The notes below the pieces were generated by a model that was not told where the DNA came from, ran no database searches, and saw only the letters and a list, made by a program, of their open reading frames with translations. 55,550 nt of DNA, from the sequence record PQ202980. The stretch is one strand, 5' to 3'. The first letter of the stretch is position 1; every line of letters begins with the position of its first letter. The translations under genes and the position numbers were made by a program. The stretch comes from Escherichia phage CSP1C. Positions 19,630-28,342 of the stretch are shown piece after piece.

Positions 19630-19923
19630 CTAGCCCCCAAAAGCACCCCTATGATCAAGGGTTCTAATGCGCTGCTCCAGCCAACGTGCGTTCTTTTCAA
19701 AATGTTTATTGGTACGCGCTGCTTTGCACGCATCAATAATACCTAACTCACATCCAAGCTGCGTTTGTCCCATCACGTAAGAATGAGTTAACATGCTGGA
19801 TACAAGGTCTTCACATTGTAACTTAATAGGATGGTCTTGGCATAGTTTCTTTGCTGCATCTTTTAAATCCACAGCTTGGACACCAGGCGCTATCAGCAAA
19901 GTTACGAGTAATAAACGTTTCAT
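19630..19923 (-). CDS. secreted/periplasmic Cys-containing protein
   Basis: N-terminal signal peptide MKRLLLVTLLIAPGVQA; 4 Cys in mature part. Confidence 0.5.
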   Translation of the reverse strand: MKRLLLVTLLIAPGVQAVDLKDAAKKLCQDHPIKLQCEDLVSSMLTHSYVMGQTQLGCELGIIDACKAARTNKHFEKNARWLEQRIRTLDHRGAFGG

Positions 19924-20207
19924 TATGCTTTCCCTTTACGACATAAGGCTTGAAGTTCCAGAAGCGCATCAATGTCTTCCTGTGGAGTTACACCAACGTG
20001 AATTGGATATTTAGCGCGACATTCGTAGCCAACTTCAACAGTGTGGTTAATGTAGCCGTAAACACATCCACCAATAACAATGAAGATAAGCGCAACAATC
20101 ATTGTAAGGTATTTACCTTGTTTGCGTTCTTCATTTTGTTTATTAAGCTGACGGTTAAGTTCCGCCGCGTCAATTTTACCTTTATTGTAATCGTCTACTA
20201 AGCTCAT
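19923..20207 (-). CDS. membrane-anchored protein (single TM)
   Basis: ATG 20207 with SD GGAG (track start 20279 rejected); TM helice LTMIVALFIVIGGCVYGYI. Confidence 0.45.
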   Translation of the reverse strand: MSLVDDYNKGKIDAAELNRQLNKQNEERKQGKYLTMIVALIFIVIGGCVYGYINHTVEVGYECRAKYPIHVGVTPQEDIDALLELQALCRKGKA

Positions 20208-20232
20208 TTTGCATCTCCTCTTGTTGTATGCA

Positions 20233-20261
20233 TATATTAAAACAGACCCGCGAAGGGTCTG
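20233..20261 (-). terminator. terminator-like hairpin after polymerase gene
   Basis: CAGACCC gcgaa GGGTCTG stem followed on the minus strand by TTTTAATAT. Confidence 0.45.
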
Positions 20262-20271
20262 CAAGTAGAAT

Positions 20272-22257
20272 TTAGGCATATCCCATGTCTTCGAGATACT
20301 TCTCTGCTTTAGCTATATAAGCATCATAATCTATGTCGTCCGGTATTTTATCCGGTAGCGTCATGATTGGGACACCTCCCGCGCTACCAGCTACACGGTT
20401 GCCCGAGTTAGCATAGATTATTTCGGGAGTTTCTTCATTGGTGCTTAAATACCAGCGTACAACCTTACCCAAAAATTCGCCATTCCATACCGCGCCGCCT
20501 TTCACCGCACGTAGGATAATGAATTTTCTAATATCGTTGCAATTGCGTATAGTACGAGAAACAGGCGTACCGTGGGCCAAACATTCACATACAGCTTCCA
20601 TAATAATTTCACCAGTACAGTTCTTTTGAAGCCCTGTTTTCGCGAACCAGCCTTTACGTTTAATTTCAACATTTCCTTCCTCATCAGGTTCTTTTACTGC
20701 AACATAGTTATTGACGTTAGCACTGTACAGCTTGTCATAGTAGTTGGATTCCATTTCAAAGCCTGTCACAGACTCCCACCACTTGATCATGTTATCAACG
20801 AAGTCCTGCATGTGGTCAGGATACTTAACCACAATACCATCCGTGTTAGCTGAAATTACTTTAACACCGTTCAGCTCAAACGCTTCAATGAGCATTAACA
20901 GCGATAGCTGTCCGGTGATAGTTACCTGTATCAATAATTGCGGCGCGTACAATACAGACCACATTGAACCCAATTTACCGAACGATCCGTTGATTACGAT
21001 CTTCAGCGTGTTGGCTGTGTTCTTGTCCCCTGAGTGCTTAGCCGCAATACGACGGTCTACAATGCTTTTATAAACACGAAGGAACGCTGGTCCCAACTGT
21101 TCGGGGTATAAGCCCTGATTAAGAATAATTGAAGGGTAATAGGACGTTACGTCAATGTCCCGCTTCTTAATACCGGGCTCTTTACCGTGACCAGCACACT
21201 CTTCGGAGCTATGCAAACCGCCAATACCCATACGGTACACACCGTCCGCAATCTTGATTTCAAGGCCTGTTAACGCTGGGGGCAAGCTAACGCCACCGTT
21301 ATCGCTAACAACAAAGCGGCAGTCCCGAACAATATCCAAAACACTATTCATCAGAGGTGTTTGAAAACGAATAAAGTCCGGTATGTTATACGCATACTTT
21401 GTTCCAGGATAAACTTGTGGACGCTGGGGACGCACACCAGTTAACGCTTGAATTTCGTGTTTAATTACGTCTTCTGCAATCTGCGCATCAGAACGTGAAC
21501 GCAGATCCACACCGTATTCTTGCGACATAATTTCACGAAGGTGCAAAGGCTCTTGCAATGCAATAAAACATTCTTCCGTCTGTACAAGGTCGTTAATACA
21601 GTACCAGCGTACAATCAACATCTGGTCCTGCGTCAACATTGTATTTGGCTTGAACGGTAAATCCTGCATACGGCGAGTATGTACACGTCCGCCATATTGT
21701 TTCAAACCACCGGACCCAGGCAGCACTTCCATAATATCAATGTGGTTAACGTTCTGCATACGCTTAAGGCGGTAACTCTTCAACACATCAGAAGGACGCC
21801 AGTCTTCAACGATTATCTTATCGGTTGCATCTTTAAGCTGAGCATTAGAGCAGCCGTTAAGCGCAAGCGTAGCAATTGGCATATCGTACCCGTTACCGTT
21901 AAAGCTTACGATAAGGAAGTTTGTCATTATCCAGTTAAGTAACAAGCAATTCAAACTACAACCGTGATACATTTCGAAGTAGACAACTTTCTTAGTCCGT
22001 ACTCCGCGAAACGCGATTAAGAAATAGTTTGGATAACATTCAATATCGTATACAAGCGGTTCGCGGTTAATCCATGCTTGAATAAGTTCGTCCTGCGTAT
22101 ACAGGTTGTATTGGAAGTTCCGCGCTTCCTCTAAGTTTGGCAGATAATCCGGACGTTCCCAAGTGCGCTCCGGCGGTAAACGCTTAACCTTTTCTTTCTT
22201 TGCTTTTGGCTCAGGCGGTAAGTCCTGCCAAAAGAAACCAATAGCATCTGTCCGCAT
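20272..22257 (-). CDS. DNA polymerase, family B
   Basis: Motifs DVTSYYPSIIL (motif A type), KIVINGSFGKLGS (motif B type), ISANTDGIVV (motif C type); ATG 22257 overlaps upstream stop. Confidence 0.8.
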   Translation of the reverse strand: MRTDAIGFFWQDLPPEPKAKKEKVKRLPPERTWERPDYLPNLEEARNFQYNLYTQDELIQAWINREPLVYDIECYPNYFLIAFRGVRTKKVVYFEMYHGCSLNCLLLNWIMTNFLIVSFNGNGYDMPIATLALNGCSNAQLKDATDKIIVEDWRPSDVLKSYRLKRMQNVNHIDIMEVLPGSGGLKQYGGRVHTRRMQDLPFKPNTMLTQDQMLIVRWYCINDLVQTEECFIALQEPLHLREIMSQEYGVDLRSRSDAQIAEDVIKHEIQALTGVRPQRPQVYPGTKYAYNIPDFIRFQTPLMNSVLDIVRDCRFVVSDNGGVSLPPALTGLEIKIADGVYRMGIGGLHSSEECAGHGKEPGIKKRDIDVTSYYPSIILNQGLYPEQLGPAFLRVYKSIVDRRIAAKHSGDKNTANTLKIVINGSFGKLGSMWSVLYAPQLLIQVTITGQLSLLMLIEAFELNGVKVISANTDGIVVKYPDHMQDFVDNMIKWWESVTGFEMESNYYDKLYSANVNNYVAVKEPDEEGNVEIKRKGWFAKTGLQKNCTGEIIMEAVCECLAHGTPVSRTIRNCNDIRKFIILRAVKGGAVWNGEFLGKVVRWYLSTNEETPEIIYANSGNRVAGSAGGVPIMTLPDKIPDDIDYDAYIAKAEKYLEDMGYA

Positions 22258-23210
22258 TAGACACGTTCTCCAATTAATACACCGCGAAGATTTTCCCCAA
22301 AGAATGCGCAAGGTTGCGGATATAAACTAAAGTCCGCAGTCTTAACCACATTTTCAAGCAATAGCAGGATATCAATATTGTACACTCCCGTTATTGTTCG
22401 GTCCTGTAATACGAAGCTTGCGCCTTCTGCATCGTCATAATGAGTACGCGCCAGACCGTTTTCAATATATACACGCGGTCGGTCTTCTGCGAACGGTTTA
22501 ATTTTATGTAAGCCTTCAAAAAGACCTGGATCAACAGGATGTGCATTGCATTGAACATTTAAAATACGACGTATATCGGGCCACTCTGCATCAATAAGCT
22601 GTGTGCGCAACCAGCGACCTTCCGGATAATGAAACGTTACGTTATTTTTACTGACCTGAATATGTGTCGGGTTAGCTTTAATACGCAGTATTTCTTTAAT
22701 TGCAACGGAAGGTATTATGCAATCGATAGGGAACTGATTACCAAACCAGTATTCCGCAATAGTGACGTTATTTGTAGCAAAAAGACTACCGTTATTAATC
22801 AGGATACCGCAAGCCCACGGACGGGAAGCATCGGACCCAACAAATGGAGCAACGGACTTTACACCATGCACGAAGCGAGCACCGTCTATTTCGTACAAAT
22901 CACCTTCAGGGAATACGTGAGGCGTTTCCTTGTCAATGCAGCGTATAGCAACACGAAACGGTCCGGACTTGATATTAAGTTTACCGTTAGCCATCATTGT
23001 TAACTGTACGGTTTCGTCACAGTTTGAAATAGCTTTAATCATAGGCCCAGCTTCGGGCTTGCAATCAATATCCAGCTCGATAGGGCTACCCAGTGCAATA
23101 ACACCGTTAAAGCCTTGAACCTGTCCGTCACGGATAAGAAAGCTAGTAAGCCCTTCTACCAGTTCCTTTTTAGCGACGGAGCCTTGAACAAATTTAAGAG
23201 CGTCTAACAT
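22257..23210 (-). CDS. DNA polymerase sliding clamp-like protein (DnaN-like)
   Basis: 317 aa; segment LIDAEWPDIRRIL resembles the beta-clamp LVDGRFPDYRRVL region; immediately upstream of and coupled to the polymerase gene. Confidence 0.55.
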   Translation of the reverse strand: MLDALKFVQGSVAKKELVEGLTSFLIRDGQVQGFNGVIALGSPIELDIDCKPEAGPMIKAISNCDETVQLTMMANGKLNIKSGPFRVAIRCIDKETPHVFPEGDLYEIDGARFVHGVKSVAPFVGSDASRPWACGILINNGSLFATNNVTIAEYWFGNQFPIDCIIPSVAIKEILRIKANPTHIQVSKNNVTFHYPEGRWLRTQLIDAEWPDIRRILNVQCNAHPVDPGLFEGLHKIKPFAEDRPRVYIENGLARTHYDDAEGASFVLQDRTITGVYNIDILLLLENVVKTADFSLYPQPCAFFGENLRGVLIGERV

Positions 23211-23437
23211 TAGCGATCCTCGATTGCTCTAATTGTGGTTAAATCTAATTCACAGGTTGGAGGGTATCCATAAAGTCCCATTTGTTTTCCTTGTGCATTA
23301 AACCATGTGCCTGACGGATCCTGCCACTGCTTAGGTGTCTTGTGGAGAAATACTACTCTGTTTTCACCGTAATAATTAATTCTTACGCCTGTGTGAGTAT
23401 ATTTACGTTTACCTTTTGGTCTTCTTAAGTTAGCCAT
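23210..23437 (-). CDS. hypothetical small basic protein
   Basis: 75 aa; ATG 23437 overlaps dpdA stop, its own stop overlaps the clamp ATG. Confidence 0.45.
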   Translation of the reverse strand: MANLRRPKGKRKYTHTGVRINYYGENRVVFLHKTPKQWQDPSGTWFNAQGKQMGLYGYPPTCELDLTTIRAIEDR

Positions 23438-24357
23438 CAAAATAACTCCATTACACGATCACGGAATGTGCCGTCATGGGTAGCGTTAATGTTTGCAGCA
23501 ATTACACCATACGCCCATAAGTTGAAGGCAGCACGTGATTCATAGATTGTTGATAAACGTTCGTAAGTGAAACCGTTTTGCTCAAGGTATTTAAGGACAG
23601 CGTCTTGTTCAATTTCAGTTAATGTTGACACATGTTTACCAAAATGATGGCGGTCCGGTGACTTATCTGATACGCGCATTGGTCCCCACGGAGGAGTAAC
23701 CACACTTCCAAACGCTGCCGCTTGAATCCAGGAGGATGAGTCGCAGCTATACCACGGGTAACGCTCCATAATGGTCGTAGACGTAATACCAAATGCATGA
23801 AGCTTAATCTTAGGGCGACCGCTACCATCGCAAATGTATTTGTCCCACATGCGGTCCAGCCAAGTCTTAAGCGTGTCCGTTGAACGCCCTACCATGCCCC
23901 CAATGGTGATATATTCGTAGTTCTTCATGTAGTATTCAAGATAGCGGAAGTCCTCACCAAAGTGAAAGCATGGTAACGGTTTGGCGCCTCGTGCTTCCAT
24001 TTCAAGCTGGTTACGGTAGGTTTGCAGTGGGTCCCCGATACCATCAAGTACCGATGCCATTACCGCACCATCTTCTACCCGCAGAATATCTTTGTTGCGC
24101 TTGATGTACTCGCAGTATTCAACAATATCAATATGAGCACCCAAAGAGTGCGCAGAGAATGCACCGGAGTCGAGAAACACTTTAGCCCCGTCCGCACGCA
24201 TTTGATCAACATACTTCTGACGCCCAACGTAGTGGTATGATTCCAAAATATGGGGCAGATTGCGCGTGATATTTTTCTCATGCTCCGACAGCTTTTCATA
24301 ACGCTGCTGTCCAGGCATATATCCGTTTGTGTAAACTGCTGCCATAAAAACGTTCAT
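23437..24357 (-). CDS. dpdA: DpdA-like tRNA-guanine transglycosylase homologue (7-deazaguanine DNA insertion)
   Basis: 306 aa; TGT-like protein sitting beside folE/queD/queC/queE. Confidence 0.65.
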   Translation of the reverse strand: MNVFMAAVYTNGYMPGQQRYEKLSEHEKNITRNLPHILESYHYVGRQKYVDQMRADGAKVFLDSGAFSAHSLGAHIDIVEYCEYIKRNKDILRVEDGAVMASVLDGIGDPLQTYRNQLEMEARGAKPLPCFHFGEDFRYLEYYMKNYEYITIGGMVGRSTDTLKTWLDRMWDKYICDGSGRPKIKLHAFGITSTTIMERYPWYSCDSSSWIQAAAFGSVVTPPWGPMRVSDKSPDRHHFGKHVSTLTEIEQDAVLKYLEQNGFTYERLSTIYESRAAFNLWAYGVIAANINATHDGTFRDRVMELF

Positions 24358-24360
24358 GAC

Positions 24361-24567
24361 TTACTCCACGTTGTTTAAAGCTACTACTTCAATGAGATAA
24401 TTTTCTTTCTTAAAGCATTGCTCGCTTAAGATTTGTTCAACTCTAACATGTAGATCCGCATGAATTTGTTTTGCGTTACTGCTTTCAGCAATACCGTCCA
24501 TACATAACAGAACTCTGAAAGTACCTTTTTCTACAGCTCGAACGTTGAAAAAGTATTGTCTTACCAT
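24361..24567 (-). CDS. hypothetical small protein
   Basis: 68 aa from ATG 24567 with SD GGAGG; between folE terminator and dpdA. Confidence 0.4.
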   Translation of the reverse strand: MVRQYFFNVRAVEKGTFRVLLCMDGIAESSNAKQIHADLHVRVEQILSEQCFKKENYLIEVVALNNVE

Positions 24568-24582
24568 ATTTCCTCCAATGAC

Positions 24583-24620
24583 TAAAAAGCCCATACCAGT
24601 ATTATGACCGATATGGGCTT
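24583..24620 (-). terminator. rho-independent terminator after folE
   Basis: 9 bp stem AAGCCCATA / TATGGGCTT followed on the minus strand by TTTTT. Confidence 0.55.
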
Positions 24621-24638
24621 GATCTGTAAAGCTATCTA

Positions 24639-25226
24639 TTATTTACAAGCTTCAAGGAACTCCCGGCGCCATTCTTTACCAATATCGCTACCATGCTCCA
24701 GTTCTGTAGCGCCCCGGAACGCTTTGGTAATAGTAGAGCTACCACATACCTGCTTAACTCCGCGCGACTCCATGCACATATGTTTGGCGTCAATATAAAC
24801 GCATACAGCTTTCGGATTTAGGTGCTCCACAATAGCATCCGCAATCTGGTTAGTAAGTCTTTCCTGTACTTGTAAGCGACGTGAAAAAGCATCCACCACG
24901 CGAGACAGCTTACTAAGACCGACAATGCGACCGTTGGGGACGTAGCCAACCACAGCACGCCCAATAATAGGGGCCATGTGATGCTCGCAATGACTGTATA
25001 CAGGAATATCGCGGACAATGACCATTTCATTCGAACCTTCCGCACCATCTTCAAAGGTTTTAAACAATCCAGCGATATTTACATCGTAACCACCGAACCA
25101 TGTAGCATAAGCTTTAGCTACACGTGACGGAGTTTCTTGTAAGCCTTGACGCAGAGTAGGTGAAGCATGGTCTTCAATATTAAACAACAGGGACATCACA
25201 GCGTTTTCAACAGCTTTAATATTCAT
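24639..25226 (-). CDS. folE: GTP cyclohydrolase I
   Basis: 195 aa with hallmark HCEHHMAP motif and overall FolE-like sequence. Confidence 0.85.
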   Translation of the reverse strand: MNIKAVENAVMSLLFNIEDHASPTLRQGLQETPSRVAKAYATWFGGYDVNIAGLFKTFEDGAEGSNEMVIVRDIPVYSHCEHHMAPIIGRAVVGYVPNGRIVGLSKLSRVVDAFSRRLQVQERLTNQIADAIVEHLNPKAVCVYIDAKHMCMESRGVKQVCGSSTITKAFRGATELEHGSDIGKEWRREFLEACK

Positions 25227-25261
25227 GGTTTGCAGTTTCCTTGTTTGTTAATGTGGTCATA

Positions 25262-25795
25262 TTACAGGCTATAGTTTACGTGACATTTCGAAGTTTCTTC
25301 GATGGTGCATTCTACAAGTTGAACACCATGTTCGTCAAGCAGTTGCGGCCCAATTACGTTAACCATATATGCAGCTAAATTTTCCGCAGTCGGGTTGAAC
25401 GGTAAAGACACCAGCGAGTTGTCAAAGTCCCTTACATCTTGACCCGTAGTTTCGTCACAAAGTTCACAATCAACCTGAAGAGCTTTAATCAAAGGATCTT
25501 CTTCCCAATGCAGGAACTTATGATCCCAATTATCTTCCAACCACTGGCAGAGTGTAGTTTTAACCACACTAAAGTCAATCACGCGCCCGACGCGGTCCAG
25601 CTTAGCGCGCTCTTTTACTTCAACGTTAACAAGACCTCCGCCCATTTCAATTGGTACTTCTTTGACTGTTTCTTTCGGTGCAACCTTAAAGTGAAACTTA
25701 TAGTTGTGACCGTGAAGGTGACGGCACTTGCTTTCATGACCAACAACACGATGCCCAGCGCAAATTTCATGTGAACGAATTACTGTATAGCTCAT
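25262..25795 (-). CDS. queD: 6-carboxy-5,6,7,8-tetrahydropterin synthase
   Basis: N-terminal CAGHRV..HGHNY motif characteristic of the PTPS/QueD family; longer than bacterial QueD. Confidence 0.8.
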   Translation of the reverse strand: MSYTVIRSHEICAGHRVVGHESKCRHLHGHNYKFHFKVAPKETVKEVPIEMGGGLVNVEVKERAKLDRVGRVIDFSVVKTTLCQWLEDNWDHKFLHWEEDPLIKALQVDCELCDETTGQDVRDFDNSLVSLPFNPTAENLAAYMVNVIGPQLLDEHGVQLVECTIEETSKCHVNYSL

Positions 25796-26382
25796 TTTAA
25801 TACCTCTTTAGACTGTTCAATTTCTAATGCACGCTGTGCGGATGCAATAATATCTTTCAAATCTTCTACCAGACTTTTATGACCACGTTCGCCCGGCTGC
25901 AACGCCTTTTTAATCAAATGTTGTAAAGCTGGGTTAGTTGTTTTCCAAGCTTCCAAGACATCATACACGTCCACGATGCATTTTACAACATTGCCGTTTT
26001 CATCTTTACCATAAATAATTTTCTGATATTTATTCATGGGAATTTTAGATGGTTCATATTTGGTAAAAACTGCACCATTAAATGTATTACTTATGCTTAT
26101 TCCAGAAGAAGGTTGATGGTACACTCCGGAGCGAGTGTTTTCGCTGGCTTGTTTGACGTAATCATCCGCAACGATATATCGCCAGGCTATAATATCTTGA
26201 ACTTTATAAGGGCTATATTCATCCATAGCTGAACGCCCTTCTATAGCCCAATCCCATCCATGTAATAAATTCTTAACGTGTGTGCCGTTGCGCAAACGAA
26301 CTTCAAACTTCTCATTACGAAGAAAAATAGGCATTCCTTTACCGTCGTGTTGGTGCCAAATTTTATTAAGATTATCTTTCAT
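25792..26382 (-). CDS. hypothetical protein embedded in 7-deazaguanine cluster
   Basis: About 196 aa; ATG 26382 couples to upstream stop, own stop overlaps queD ATG; no recognisable catalytic motif. Confidence 0.5.
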   Translation of the reverse strand: MKDNLNKIWHQHDGKGMPIFLRNEKFEVRLRNGTHVKNLLHGWDWAIEGRSAMDEYSPYKVQDIIAWRYIVADDYVKQASENTRSGVYHQPSSGISISNTFNGAVFTKYEPSKIPMNKYQKIIYGKDENGNVVKCIVDVYDVLEAWKTTNPALQHLIKKALQPGERGHKSLVEDLKDIIASAQRALEIEQSKEVLK

Positions 26383-26383
26383 T

Positions 26384-26863
26384 TTACGCTCTCGCTGTAC
26401 GTGAATGAACTTCGTAAACAACCCAAAGGATGGCAGATGCTGTGAACTTGCTTAAGCTCATTGCTACCATTGATCCCGGATTAACAATACCTATAATACT
26501 TAAGAACACAATGGAGTCAATCGGTACAGCTACCAAAGAGCTAATAAATACACGTTGATGAAACGGCTTCTTAGTAATCGTGTATACCGCATAGTCCGCA
26601 AACTCACTGAGGGCAAAAGACGCAACTGATGCAACTACAACAGCAGGATCCCCAAATACCCAGCTAAGGATACAACCGACAATCATTGCAGGGATAACAC
26701 CTTTACCTGCGTTACGCTGTGCATAGTCGCGCAACACAAAGATAATACCTACAAAGAAAGCCATCATTGGGACTACGCCAAGCGGCGTGTTAAGCATTGG
26801 AAGGTAGGAAAAGCCCAGGTTTACGAATGTAATTGCAGCCAGATAAGCAACGATAAATTTCAT
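26384..26863 (-). CDS. putative queuosine-precursor transporter (YhhQ/DUF165-like) membrane protein
   Basis: 159 aa polytopic membrane protein from ATG 26863 (SD GGAGAA); location inside the preQ0 gene cluster. Confidence 0.5.
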   Translation of the reverse strand: MKFIVAYLAAITFVNLGFSYLPMLNTPLGVVPMMAFFVGIIFVLRDYAQRNAGKGVIPAMIVGCILSWVFGDPAVVVASVASFALSEFADYAVYTITKKPFHQRVFISSLVAVPIDSIVFLSIIGIVNPGSMVAMSLSKFTASAILWVVYEVHSRTARA

Positions 26864-26983
26864 ACTTTTGTTCTCCAGTTTTAACAGCGTTATTCGCTGG
26901 TTGTTGGGTTTAAAAGCTTTAGTAGTATAGTTGGGTTCCCGCACCCTAAACAATGCGCTAGCGGTGCGGTTTTCGCGGTAAGA

Positions 26984-27691
26984 TCAAGCTTTGCTAATAA
27001 ATTCGCTGTACCCTTTAGCACGCAGTTTGCACGCAGGGCATTCACCGCAACCATAGCCCCAGTCATGCAGAGTGCGACGGACGCCGTTATAACACGTATG
27101 GGACTGCTCAATTACTGTGGTTAAGAAGCCAACCTTATCCGCCAGCTCAAACGTTTCTGCTTTATTTAAACGCATAAGCGGGGTAACAAAATGAATATCT
27201 GTTTCATATCCAACGTTTAACGTAGCTTCAAGAAGATCAACAAACTGCTGGCGACAATCCGGATAACCGCTATAGTCTGTTTCACAAACGCCTGTAACCA
27301 CATATCGGGCTCCAACTTTCTGCGCGTAGGCGTGCGCGGTAGTCAGGAAAAGAGCATTACGGTTTGGCACAAAGCTAGCCGGAAGGTTTTTGTGCTGTTC
27401 GTGATGTTCGTTAACATCACCTTCGTTCCCGATTAAAGCGCTATTACCAATCTGTTTCAAAGCAGGTAATTCAAAGACAACAAATGGGACATCGTGCTCT
27501 TTACAGATCTGTTCAGCGCAAGCCAATTCCACAGTGTGACGTTGACCGTATGCAAAACCAATAGCGTAAACCTTATCATAGTTATTAAGTGCAAGACCTA
27601 AACAGGTCACGCTGTCCTGGCCGCCAGACAGGACGACAACGGCGGAGTTATGATTTTTTACAGGGAATACCAGTTTATCTAATTTATTCAT
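26984..27691 (-). CDS. queC: 7-cyano-7-deazaguanine synthase
   Basis: PP-loop VVVLSGGQDS and C-terminal Zn-binding Cys cluster CYNG..CGECPAC; ATG 27691. Confidence 0.85.
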   Translation of the reverse strand: MNKLDKLVFPVKNHNSAVVVLSGGQDSVTCLGLALNNYDKVYAIGFAYGQRHTVELACAEQICKEHDVPFVVFELPALKQIGNSALIGNEGDVNEHHEQHKNLPASFVPNRNALFLTTAHAYAQKVGARYVVTGVCETDYSGYPDCRQQFVDLLEATLNVGYETDIHFVTPLMRLNKAETFELADKVGFLTTVIEQSHTCYNGVRRTLHDWGYGCGECPACKLRAKGYSEFISKA

Positions 27692-27692
27692 T

Positions 27693-27881
27693 TTAGAAAC
27701 CTTTAAGGCTAATATTAAGATTAACGACCACTTGTTCAACTACATCATCAGATGTCATCTGACGCTTATGAATTTCAAGCTCCGAATGTATGTTCTTGGA
27801 TGCAGCACGACAGATAGCGTCATTCAGCTCGTCTTGTAAACGTTGCATCTTCTGCATAAGAATCACAGTCTCTTCATTCAT
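27693..27881 (-). CDS. hypothetical small protein (paralogue of 27874..28086)
   Basis: 62 aa, SD AAGGTG; shares ELN.AI..A....EL.I pattern with neighbouring gene. Confidence 0.4.
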   Translation of the reverse strand: MNEETVILMQKMQRLQDELNDAICRAASKNIHSELEIHKRQMTSDDVVEQVVVNLNISLKGF

Positions 27882-28086
27882 CTTCTACACCTTTAATATC
27901 ACAAGGATTGATTGTTACAGTTGACATCACAATTGGATGATTGCGTGCCCCGATTGTACTAACGTGATTAATATCTAATTCTACATGCACTCCCTGCATG
28001 GTAGCGTGAGCAATTGCAGAATTAAGTTTTTCTACCAGCTCAGTGATCATTTCCTGATGCTGTTTCGCTTCTTCCAAAGTGATCAT
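27874..28086 (-). CDS. hypothetical small protein (paralogue of 27693..27881)
   Basis: 70 aa, SD GAAGGTG; alternative ATG at 28050. Confidence 0.4.
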   Translation of the reverse strand: MITLEEAKQHQEMITELVEKLNSAIAHATMQGVHVELDINHVSTIGARNHPIVMSTVTINPCDIKGVEDE

Positions 28087-28342
28087 TTCTTTTCACCTTC
28101 ACTAATGTTTGTTTATAATCCATACCTTCAAGGTCAACTTCTGCCATTTCACAAAAGTTATCATCTTCCCAGTATGATGTCCATTTAGTTTGACTGTCCA
28201 TCAACGTTGGCTCATACTCGAATCCGTAAACTGTACCGTCTTGATCCGTAGCCAGCCACCGTACCCATTCAGGGACATCAAGCTTATTGCCAAAGTATTC
28301 AACTTCTTTAGTATGAACAACCTGACTTAATACACGCATCAT
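28040..28342 (-). CDS. hypothetical protein, member of 3-copy paralogous family
   Basis: 100 aa; VPEWVRWLATDQDGTVYGFEYEPT and EVDLEGMDYKQTL shared with ORFs at 49334 and 50172. Confidence 0.45.
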   Translation of the reverse strand: MMRVLSQVVHTKEVEYFGNKLDVPEWVRWLATDQDGTVYGFEYEPTLMDSQTKWTSYWEDDNFCEMAEVDLEGMDYKQTLVKVKRNDHFGRSETASGNDH

